NCBI GenBank assembly: GCA_029259155.1
Contig: JAPDJI010000022.1
Coordinates: forward strand, 1 to 24,931
Origin: Candidatus Methanomethylicia archaeon
GTDB taxonomy: Archaea; Thermoproteota; Methanomethylicia; Nezhaarchaeales; B40-G2
Length of the DNA stretch: 24,931 nucleotides
Direction of reading: 5' to 3'
Shown here: positions 18,201 through 24,931 of the stretch, in pieces
Position numbering within the stretch: the first letter of the stretch is position 1
Layout of the letters: the number at the start of each line of letters is the position of its first letter
Notes under the pieces: generated by a model
Databases searched by the model: none
The model's input: the letters and a program-made list of their open reading frames with translations, nothing else
Told to the model about the DNA's origin: nothing
Position numbers and translations under genes: made by a program

Positions 18201-18667
18201 TCCTTCGAGACCTTGTCACCTTTCTTCTTGTGGCTGGTTTCAGGGTTTGGTTGAAGATTAGCGTTCTCCCTAGCCTCGAAGCCTTCACCAACATCTATTA
18301 AGTAAGCATCGTAGACAGGTACGCCTACTCGAGTTAACACGTTTCGATAAATAGCATACACAGGTTTTTCCTCGGAACGTTCGAGAAGAATGTTGTTGAC
18401 GATCTCTCTTATCAAAGGAGCGCTGACGAACTTAGCCCTCATCCCAAGGATACGGGACTCAGCCTCCTTAGCGATCTCTTCAGCCTCTTCTAGGCTTATG
18501 GCTGGTGCTCCAAAGAAGTTTTCTGCTAGTTTTGTTTCACGTATGAGCTGTTTCACTATGGCTTCTCGGTTCCACGGGGTTAAGTAGCCGTCACTAGTCC
18601 TAACCATGGGTTTGCCAGCAGCATAGTGCTCTATGCCTTTAAACCAGACCTCGATCCCTTCCGTCAT
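15248..18667 (-). CDS. nrdD: Anaerobic (class III) ribonucleoside-triphosphate reductase, intein-containing
   Basis: ATP-cone-like N-terminus, HLKGDLHIHDL, FAGGQG, YYTNG, Zn site CEQC...CPNC and glycyl-radical RVTGY. About 745 aa after splicing. Confidence 0.95.
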   Translation of the reverse strand: MTEGIEVWFKGIEHYAAGKPMVRTSDGYLTPWNREAIVKQLIRETKLAENFFGAPAISLEEAEEIAKEAESRILGMRAKFVSAPLIREIVNNILLERSEEKPVYAIYRNVLTRVGVPVYDAYLIDVGEGFEARENANLQPNPETSHKKKGDKVSKEEYLLLMNPRLADAHLKGDLHIHDLEYFGTRPFCQDWDLRYFFYYGLMPDGLGLKTSVAGPAKHVEVALLHSVKALASAQTNFAGGQGFYNYTVFMAPYLRGLSYKHIKQLAQMMFYELTQIYVARGGQMVFSNIQITPGVPDLWKDKPVVAMGKVGPDVYGDYEDEVRAFFRAIYEVALEGDWWGKPFNFPKLEGGITPEFFKPEYDEEWLLAHNVVSKFGTPYFDNMLPAYRGYGKGVSCYQCLLPEAELVVKASNPWVVKVSELLGSSQLIQEPNVEVLTPEGFAKPKALIKRPYKGEIAKVKLKYGLDFEATANHPCLIRRKRVVKQGEGKYKTVYEELIVEARELSPNIDYLPVHLGWARHLPDPVTVDLLEEFSEAGVEVKVDGGLLSAYPRSNTIKRFVEVDEKLGFIVGSYLGEGDANQDNYMVRWSFSLDEEHLAVKVSELLRQVFNVDPYIHRQATAYVVSVPNKALYELFVKVWKLGSKSEDKKLPRKLLVASSRFLRGLVEGVIASEGNFYSKRLSDGSSHTYLRIRMVGKAIEDVAIAIRALGTMAKLYWHRYGRKDKRVGQVTVSGKDLLQLEETLTTGLLKEEVRWVKVKRIAKESYEGDVYDLVDVGRGHVFTLLNGVVTHNCCAYVFTETPETDPDFNAKLYFEDGKHFSMGGMQVVTLNLPRAAYRAAGDDDRLFEEIAKLMDAAVEIFQIKKRWMELAVKSGRLPFAVQRPKDPKTGQRGPPAVDLDNLVYTIGVVGGNEMVQWHTGFQLHESRDAVKLLVKTLLEMRKYKAELEEKIGMRLAIARTPAESCAQRLAVADMLSPEFKDMAITVVKGDLEEARRLMAEGVRDVPLYYTNGTHVYVGAQIPLTERISIEQKFWPILSGGNIFHIWLGEAYPDPEALFKVTKRIATQTQIGYFAYTKDLTICEQCFEVSAGINDACPNCGSTNVRYWSRVTGYYQEVGGWNEAKKRELKDRYRTRISI
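16289..17470 (-). mobile_element. Intein (394 aa) with LAGLIDADG homing endonuclease
   Basis: Starts Q|CLLPEAELVV. Block B TANHP; LAGLIDADG motifs IVGSYLGEGD and LVEGVIASEG; block F YEGDVYDL; ends VVTHN|C. Confidence 0.93.
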
Positions 18668-18928
18668 CTACTTTCCTCCCTCCAAGACCTTTTTGATAAC
18701 ATCAAGATTAACCTTATCGCCTTGGAAAAGCTCATCAGAATTAAATATCCTCCCTTCACACTCTAAGGCTGGAGTAGCCTCTAGGTAAATGTCCCGCATG
18801 ATAAGTTCAGCCATCACCTCACTGTCGGATACATCGGCTTCTTCAAATGGAAAGCCTAATTTCTTGAGCGTTTCCTTCAATACTTCACAGCGCGGACAAG
18901 AGGGTGAGGTGTACACCTTTAATTTCAT
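18668..18928 (-). CDS. Glutaredoxin/NrdH-like redoxin
   Basis: VYTSPSCPRC (CxxC) and cis-Pro ATP motif; 86 aa; its stop abuts the nrdD start. Confidence 0.88.
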   Translation of the reverse strand: MKLKVYTSPSCPRCEVLKETLKKLGFPFEEADVSDSEVMAELIMRDIYLEATPALECEGRIFNSDELFQGDKVNLDVIKKVLEGGK

Positions 18929-19085
18929 GATAAAAACCTCTACGTGGTATATATTACCTTATCTAGAGCTTTTAACTTTTCTCTCAAAATTTTTAGATAA
19001 ATGTTGGTAAAAGGCTCTACTTCTCACCCCTTCTTAAAGGAAGACTCCTTTAATAGCTTGCTGGGCCAGTAGCTGTCGGAGGCCT

Positions 19086-20333
19086 ATGTCGGCTAGAGGG
19101 AGAGGTTTCGCTAAGCTGAGTCGAGTGGAAGAGGTTTTGATGAAGCTTAAGGAAAAGGTTACCGAGTTGAGCCATGAAGAAGTGCCGCTACGCGAATGCT
19201 ATGGAAGAGTTTTGGGGGTTGATGTAGAGTCACCTATGGACTTACCACCTTTCCACCGCTCAGCTGTAGATGGCTACGCCGTAAAAGCAGAAGACACCTT
19301 CAACGCCTCCATAGCTAATCCTGTAAAGCTTAGATTAAAGGGAAAAATAGGTATAGGCGAAGTTGAGGCCCCCTCCTTAAACCGTGGAGAAGCCGTTAAG
19401 GTAGACACAGGGTCGTTACTACCGCCTGGCAGCGACGCCGTAGTAATGTTAGAGTACACGAAGAAGGTTGAGGACTGGGTTGAGGTTTATAGCCCTGTAG
19501 CTCCTTGGCAAAACGTATCAAAGAAAGGAGAGGATGTAAAGCGAGGAGAAGTAGTGCTCAATAAAGGGATGGTCCTACACCCCCAAGACATCGCTCTAGC
19601 CGCTTCACTAGGATTAAACAAGCTTACTGTAGTTAAGAGGCCTAGGGTTCTCATAATACCGACAGGAGTAGAGCTTCTTCAGCCAGGTGAGCCTTGGACC
19701 CTTGGTAGGGTGTATAACTCTAATGCATACATGCTGCTCGGCTTAGCTAAACTCTATGGGGCTGTAGGCGAGTTGAAGCCACCCATACCTGGTGATTATG
19801 GAAGCGTGGAGGAGGCTTTAAGAAACCTAAGCTTATATGACTCCATAGTCTTCACCGGAGGATCATCAGCTGGAGAAGAAGATGTAGTGCCTGAGGTTAT
19901 TGCTCGTAGAGGAGAGCTCGTAGCTCATGGTTTAGCTCTAAAGCCAGGAATGCCAGCTGCAGCAGCAGTTGTAGAGGGAAAACCTGTTTTTAGCCTACCT
20001 GGCTTTCCCGTGGCCTGCATGATTGCCTTTGAGGAGCTCGTAGGCCCCACCTTGGCTTGGATGGCCGGAATGAAAGAGCCACCTAAAAGGGCAACGGTCA
20101 AAGCGATATTGGACCGTAGGGTACCTGGTTCTCTAGGTAGGAAAACCTTTCTAAGAGTGAAGCTGAGCTGGAAGGACGGTGTCTTGAGGGCTGAGCCTCT
20201 AAGAGCCAGCGGCTCAGGCGTACTCAGCAGCGTGGTTAAGGCTGATGGTTATGTGGTGATACCTGAGGACCAAGACCTGTTGGAGGAAGGGGGAGAGGTG
20301 GAGGTCAAGCTATATAGGGGGTGGATGACCTGA
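19086..20333 (+). CDS. moeA: Molybdopterin molybdotransferase MoeA (paralogue 1)
   Basis: PPFHRSAVDGYA, TGSLLPPGSDAVVMLE, TGGSSAG, KPG and LPGFP motifs. Confidence 0.95.
   Translation: MSARGRGFAKLSRVEEVLMKLKEKVTELSHEEVPLRECYGRVLGVDVESPMDLPPFHRSAVDGYAVKAEDTFNASIANPVKLRLKGKIGIGEVEAPSLNRGEAVKVDTGSLLPPGSDAVVMLEYTKKVEDWVEVYSPVAPWQNVSKKGEDVKRGEVVLNKGMVLHPQDIALAASLGLNKLTVVKRPRVLIIPTGVELLQPGEPWTLGRVYNSNAYMLLGLAKLYGAVGELKPPIPGDYGSVEEALRNLSLYDSIVFTGGSSAGEEDVVPEVIARRGELVAHGLALKPGMPAAAAVVEGKPVFSLPGFPVACMIAFEELVGPTLAWMAGMKEPPKRATVKAILDRRVPGSLGRKTFLRVKLSWKDGVLRAEPLRASGSGVLSSVVKADGYVVIPEDQDLLEEGGEVEVKLYRGWMT
19207..19307 (+). repeat. 101-bp exact direct repeat (second copy at 20430-20530)
   Basis: GAGTTTTGGGGG...CTTCAACGCC is identical in both moeA genes. 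Confidence 0.95.
19406..19459 (+). repeat. 54-bp exact direct repeat (second copy at 20629-20682)
   Basis: CACAGGGTCG...AGAGTACAC is identical in both moeA genes, at the same 1223-bp offset as the 101-bp repeat. Confidence 0.95.
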
Positions 20334-21550
20334 GGCTAATTAAACTTCAAGAGGCCTTGGATAAGCTACATTCACGTTGGAGACCCCTCATAAGGACGGA
20401 GCGCGTAAAACTGATCGAGGCGCTAGGCCGAGTTTTGGGGGTTGATGTAGAGTCACCTATGGACTTACCACCTTTCCACCGCTCAGCTGTAGATGGCTAC
20501 GCCGTAAAAGCAGAAGACACCTTCAACGCCGGTGAGGAAAATCCTGTTGAGCTTAGATTAGCCTTCAAAGTACCGATAGGTACTCTACCTAAACAAGTAT
20601 TGAATAAAGGTGAGTGCGCTTACGTTTCCACAGGGTCGTTACTACCGCCTGGCAGCGACGCCGTAGTAATGTTAGAGTACACACACGTTGAAGATGGGAA
20701 GGTAAAGGTGTACAGGTCAGTGACGCCAGGAGAGAACATGGTGAGGAAAGGAGCAGACGTAAAGAAGGGAAGTAGGATCTTAAGGAAGGGAGTAAAACTC
20801 ACGCCTAGAAGGCTTGGACTCTTGGCTTCCATAGGTTTAGCTGAAGTCGAGGTTTTCGTTAAGCCTAGAGTGGCCGTGATATCCACAGGGCCAGAACTAG
20901 TAGAGCCTGGTGTACATTTAGTGGAGGGTAAGATATACGATGTAAACACTACGACCTTGCTCTCCATGGCCATTGAGGCTGGAGCAGAGGCCAAGGCTCT
21001 AGGCATCGTGCCTGACAACCTGGAAGAGCTCGTGGAGAAACTAAAGGAAGCCCTCCAAAGCTTTGACCTAGTCCTCGTCTCCGGGGGGACCTCCAAAGGG
21101 GAGGTCGATCTACTACCTAGGGCTATAGCATCGTTGAGCGGAGCAGTAATGGTTGCTCACGGCTTAGCCATAAAGCCAGGTAAACCTACACTCATAGCAT
21201 TAGTTGAAGACAAACCTATCATAGGACTGCCGGGCAACCCCACGTCTGCCATGCTCGTATTCCATGTCCTTGTCAAACCCTTGATACAAGAAATGGCTGA
21301 AAGCTCGGAGGAAGAGAGAACGAGCTTCATTGAGGCCAAGGCATCAGTTAAGATATTTTCAGCTAAGGGGAGGAGGGAGTTCAAATTTATGAAGCTCGAA
21401 GTTAAGGATGGTCAGCTCTACGCTTATCCACTTCCCACAGGCTCAGAAGCAGTAACCACCTATGCTTCTGCTGACGGGTTTATAGAAATTCCTGAGGAAG
21501 TTGAGTTCGTGGAAGAAGGAGAGAAGCTATTAGTTAAACTCTTAAGGTAG
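20321..21550 (+). CDS. moeA: Molybdopterin molybdotransferase MoeA (paralogue 2)
   Basis: Same motifs, plus SGGTSKG, IKPGKP and LPGNP. No C-terminal PBP domain. Confidence 0.95.
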   Translation: MDDLRLIKLQEALDKLHSRWRPLIRTERVKLIEALGRVLGVDVESPMDLPPFHRSAVDGYAVKAEDTFNAGEENPVELRLAFKVPIGTLPKQVLNKGECAYVSTGSLLPPGSDAVVMLEYTHVEDGKVKVYRSVTPGENMVRKGADVKKGSRILRKGVKLTPRRLGLLASIGLAEVEVFVKPRVAVISTGPELVEPGVHLVEGKIYDVNTTTLLSMAIEAGAEAKALGIVPDNLEELVEKLKEALQSFDLVLVSGGTSKGEVDLLPRAIASLSGAVMVAHGLAIKPGKPTLIALVEDKPIIGLPGNPTSAMLVFHVLVKPLIQEMAESSEEERTSFIEAKASVKIFSAKGRREFKFMKLEVKDGQLYAYPLPTGSEAVTTYASADGFIEIPEEVEFVEEGEKLLVKLLR

Positions 21551-21552
21551 CT

Positions 21553-22512
21553 TCAAAGCGTGACAGGGATGTTAAGCTTCTTTATGAGCTCCTTGTACCT
21601 GTTTCTCACGGTTACCTCGGTTACCTGGGCTGCTTTAGCTATCTCCTTCTGCGTTTTGCGTTCATCAGTCTGCAGAGAGGCAATATAGATAGCCGCGGCT
21701 GCTAAGCCAGCAGGGTCCTTGCCTGCAGTGATGCCTAGCTTTCTAGCTTCGCTAATTATCTCTATGGCTCTACGTTGAAGCATACCGCTTAAACCCAACT
21801 CAGCGCCTATCCTAGGTACAAAGTCCACAGCATCAGCTATAGGTACACCTAGCTGGATATGGCGTAATAGTAGCCTATAGCACCTGGCTACGTCCTTACG
21901 TCCCGCTTTAGTGTACTGCGCTATCTCCTCAAGGGTTCTAGGTACCTTAAGTTTCCTGCAAGCTGCGTATATCGAGGCTGCCATAATGGACTCTATCGAT
22001 CTCCCTCTTACCAAGCCCACATCCACTGCTCGACGGTAGACATTGATGGCCTCCTCCCTCACGTTGGCAGGTAGGTTAACGTAGAACGAAATCCTATCGA
22101 GGTGAGCTGCTGCTTGCTGAAGGTTACGGTCAAGTGAAGACTGAACACGGCTACGGATCTGCCAGCGCCTCCACCTCAACACTTCAAGCATCTTCTTAGG
22201 TTCGAGCCTCCGTCCTGAAGCGTCCTTCCCCATCCACTCTATGACGGTTGTTAAGTCTTTGTCCGTCAACGGTGAAGATACTGGTGGACCCACTCTACCT
22301 CTACGTTCCTTCTCCTCAGGAGTGAAAGCACGCCATTCAGGTCCTCTATCGATTATCTTATCCACTAACACTAGCCCGCAGTTGAGGCACGTAAGCTCTC
22401 CACGTTCATAATCCTTCTTAAGGAAAGGACTACCACATTCAGGGCAACGTAACGTCGGCTCTTTGCCCTTCTCTCGCTTTACCTCAACGCTCGACATTTT
22501 TTCCACCTCCAT
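21553..22512 (-). CDS. tfb: Transcription initiation factor IIB (TFB)
   Basis: Zn ribbon CPEC...CLNC, GPEWRAF, GRSIES, GKDP and [10 protein letters not shown]. Start may be ATG22497, which has GGAGGTGG upstream. Confidence 0.96.
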   Translation of the reverse strand: MEVEKMSSVEVKREKGKEPTLRCPECGSPFLKKDYERGELTCLNCGLVLVDKIIDRGPEWRAFTPEEKERRGRVGPPVSSPLTDKDLTTVIEWMGKDASGRRLEPKKMLEVLRWRRWQIRSRVQSSLDRNLQQAAAHLDRISFYVNLPANVREEAINVYRRAVDVGLVRGRSIESIMAASIYAACRKLKVPRTLEEIAQYTKAGRKDVARCYRLLLRHIQLGVPIADAVDFVPRIGAELGLSGMLQRRAIEIISEARKLGITAGKDPAGLAAAAIYIASLQTDERKTQKEIAKAAQVTEVTVRNRYKELIKKLNIPVTL

Positions 22513-22725
22513 TTAAACCCCAAAACTCAACCTCAAAGAGATGAGAACTCTCTCATCGGTTTTCTTCAGGGAGAAGTTTCTCCTTCTTTGAGGATATTTA
22601 AATCTTTCTCTAAAAGCTTTTATAGAGGATATTTATTTTCGTCGCGAAAAAAATAACCCTGATGAAGGATTTTTTACAAGGAAGCTTAAATCAAAGTTTG
22701 AGATCCTGAGGAAGCCTTACTTAGA

Positions 22726-22743
22726 GCGGGCCCAGCGGGATTT
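22726..22743 (-). other. Isolated tRNA 3'-end copy (probable att site; Arg/Lys-type acceptor)
   Basis: Minus strand AAATCCCGCTGGGCCCGC corresponds to T-loop end, T-stem 3' strand, acceptor 3' strand and discriminator G. No 5' tRNA half is adjacent, and AT-rich DNA begins immediately to the right. Confidence 0.7.
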
Positions 22744-23312
22744 ACACTTAGATAGGTACGAGTCTCTTTAAATATTGCTAAATACTGAAAGTTATATCTA
22801 CATGTATTATATGATAAAAGTGGAGCAAATAAAGGTGGTAATTAAGGCTAGTAAGGAATTAATATAAAAACATCAATTATAGTGATAACCTAATGTGCGA
22901 CTTGTTAGATCGGTAGATAGATTTTTAACTATAAATTTCGATAATGTAATGAAGAAGCTTCATGACATTCAACACTCTAAACAACTGATAAAGAAGATTA
23001 TAAAAAGTTATCAATCAGGTTGAAAGATACAATTCAAAGTTCGATTAAAAAGTTTGCCTCTAACTAAGTATCGTAAACGTTTTAGGAGTAATTGTTGATT
23101 ATGCCGGAACAAACACGCACTAATTCTGATGCAAGCCCTAGAAACTACAACCCAGTTTCATATCCACAGAACAAGCATAAATTAAAAGTTATAACGCGTT
23201 TCACCCTCCTCCATAACCTATTTCCAAATAGATTTTTTAAGGATGTTGGCAACTTAAACTTAATATGTGCTATTGCGCAATAATCTACTAACAAATAAAC
23301 TCTAAAGGTAAG

Positions 23313-23666
23313 GTGGTTAAATTAGTCTATCCAAGAACACCAACCCATAAAGACTGTATCAATTTTAGGGATGGAATTTGCACTTTTTACGGTAGGCCTG
23401 TAGACCCAAACCAGCCTGTATGCCCAAACTTTACACCAAAAACAGCAGTAACAACCCCAGCAACAACCTACCAACAACCATGGTTTAGAGGGTTTGGTTT
23501 AGGGTCTCTAGGTTGGTTTGTTTTCCCATGGCTTCCCTACGGTTTCCCATGGTTTTGGTGGTGGCCTAGGAGAAGAGGTTGGGGTGGATCGTTCTGGTGG
23601 TTTACCTTACCATACTTAGGCTACTACTGGTTCTACCCCTATAGATACCCATATTATTGGTGGTAG
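23313..23666 (+). CDS. Small protein with a Cys-rich N-domain and W/Y/P/G-rich low-complexity tail
   Basis: HKDCINF..GICTFY....PVCPNF, then an aromatic tail. AGGT-type RBS and upstream TATA-like CTTAATAT. Confidence 0.65.
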   Translation: MVKLVYPRTPTHKDCINFRDGICTFYGRPVDPNQPVCPNFTPKTAVTTPATTYQQPWFRGFGLGSLGWFVFPWLPYGFPWFWWWPRRRGWGGSFWWFTLPYLGYYWFYPYRYPYYWW

Positions 23667-23669
23667 GCC

Positions 23670-23877
23670 ATGGCTTGGTTTCGGATAAAGTCTCTGCTAG
23701 CTTGGTGGCTCAACCCATACAGATACTACTATAGATACCCATACATGCCAGTTTTCCCATGGATGTCTTGGCTATATCCATCAACAAAAGAAGAACTAAG
23801 AATTCTTGAAGACCATGCAAAAATTATTAGAGCAACAGCTTAACAATATTAAAAGAAGAATAGAGGAAAAAGGTTAA
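23670..23877 (+). pseudogene. DUF5320-like small protein, frameshifted
   Basis: MAWFRIK...YPYMPVFPW...KEELRILEDHAK. Removing one A from the A5 run (23819-23823) gives the coiled coil LLEQQLNNIKRRIEEKG*. Confidence 0.6.
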
Positions 23878-23982
23878 ACCAAAACCCTTTTCTAAAAATA
23901 AAGCTTTACTTTTTTTACTGGTTTTATGTGTGGTAACATAAAATATGAGCCTATCAGCCTATTCTAAATGTAGAAGTCTAAG

Positions 23983-24477
23983 AGGGGAAAAGGATAGGTG
24001 CTGAGTCTGAGTTTGAGAAAAAGGAAGAGAGAAATTTTCGCAACCCACTGCACCAGCACCACCAATCCACCGCACTCAAGCCTCGCCACAAGATGAGAGG
24101 TTTAGAGAATTTTTCGAGGTTGTTGATAGGGTTGATGATAAAGGGTTAAGGGGAATATCCAAAGCTAGTGGAATTGAGCCTAGAAAGGTTAAGCATTTGG
24201 TTGGGGAAGCTCGATTAAAGTGTTTTTGTTAAAATTGAAAAGGTAAAGACTAAGGGAAGGCCGAGAATCGCTGTTAAGTTAACCAGCAAGGGTAGGGAAG
24301 TTATAGGTAAATTTCTTGGAAGAGAAGGGAGCTTGCTTCATGGAAAAATGGTTGAGAGGGGTTGCCGAGGATTTTAGAAGGGTTGGTTATGAGGTTGAAG
24401 ATCCTGTTCAAGGCGGCAGGGAAGAGCAACCTGATTTAATAGCCAGAGGCTTTAATGAAACAATAGCTATAGAGGCT
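23983..24477 (+). pseudogene. Fragment encoding a wHTH plus PD-(D/E)xK-like domain, multiple frameshifts
   Basis: Stitched reading: ...DERFREFF...GLRGISKASG...GRPRIAVKLTSKGRE...GSLLHGKMVER/VAEDFRRVGYEV...QPDLIARGFNETIAIEA. Shifts at T5 (24223-24227), G4 (24358-24361) and near 24036. Confidence 0.6.
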
Positions 24478-24626
24478 CCACTTCACCCTCAACAGCCTGT
24501 ATTACTTCCAATAATGTGGGATTAGATTTCTCGGCATATAGCATAGCACTCCTAACGCTCACGAGCAGCGCCAGTGTGGAGGTGTAGGCTATCAGGGACA
24601 GGAGGCTGAACGTGAGATTAAGGTAG

Positions 24627-24931
24627 GTGGAACAGCCTGAAGTTGGGCTCATAATGGAGCTAATCTTAAGCGACGGCAATGAGCATCAAAAGAACCAGCA
24701 GAGCTGCTTTAAAGAGGCAGTAGAAGAATTTTACAACAGCGACAACGAAGATCTAGAGGAGTCCACAAATACAGCTAGGAAGCTAGGCTTGAGCGTATAT
24801 GAGGCGTCGAGGCCAAAGGCTCACAGAAGACTAGGCGAATGCTCCAAGTTAACAACGTCATCAATACTTTCATACCTTCTGCTAAGGAGGTACGACGAGT
24901 TCATAGTTAAGGCGCTTATCGAAGTGCAGCT
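24627..24931 (+). other. Open frame running off the window edge, unidentified; possibly a pseudogene
   Basis: About 100 stop-free codons (MELILSDGNEH...IVKALIEVQ from ATG24654), preceded by in-frame TAG stops. Confidence 0.35.

Larger units (their letters stand above)
22744..24931. mobile_element. Probable tRNA-integrated island or its decayed remnant (runs off the window)
   Basis: att-like border, visibly AT-richer DNA, low coding density and several frameshifted genes. No integrase in view. Confidence 0.5.

Noticed and set aside
19308-20628. moeA repeats as DGR template/variable regions
   Set aside because: Differences are not adenine-specific and no reverse transcriptase is present.
22531-22593. 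Hammerhead ribozyme (CUGAAGA on the minus strand)
   Set aside because: No GAAA after stem II and no correct stem III/cleavage-site topology.
23060-23283. 63-aa + strand ORF, or a degenerate minus-strand Zn-ribbon gene (CLFCG)
   Set aside because: Too degraded to support a call; the minus-strand reading has an internal stop.
1-24931. CRISPR array, rRNA, intact tRNA, and the many short antisense or overlapping ORFs in the track
   Set aside because: No repeat-spacer periodicity or full RNA gene seen; the short ORFs are shadows of well-supported genes.

Overview
This is an archaeal window of thermophilic TACK/Thermoproteota type, judged from TFB, BRE-TATA promoters, GGAGGTGA-type RBSs and a C/D box sRNA. 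The core region (about 0.4-22.7 kb) holds: an ECF S-component plus DUF4430-like pair; a C/D box guide sRNA complementary to 23S rRNA helix 71; a RimK-family ligase; a wHTH/PD-(D/E)xK protein; a ThiF/MoeB E1; an Mrp-Mbh-type group 4 [NiFe] hydrogenase split into two divergent operons (membrane arm on -, catalytic arm plus btpA on +); a 4Fe-4S HhH-GPD glycosylase; a His/Cys-rich membrane protein; a class III ribonucleotide reductase with a LAGLIDADG intein next to an NrdH-like redoxin; tandem moeA paralogues sharing two perfectly identical DNA blocks; and tfb. The membrane-arm operon has a frameshifted mbhI and an anomalous mbhA start. An 18-bp tRNA 3'-end copy at 22726-22743 marks the border of an AT-rich, decaying integrated region with Trp/Tyr/Pro-rich small proteins and pseudogenes. 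I cannot demonstrate a wholly new system from sequence alone. The best leads are the bipartite Mbh locus with btpA, the moeA conversion tracts, the sRNA and the tRNA-anchored island. All family calls come from motif recognition, not database searches.
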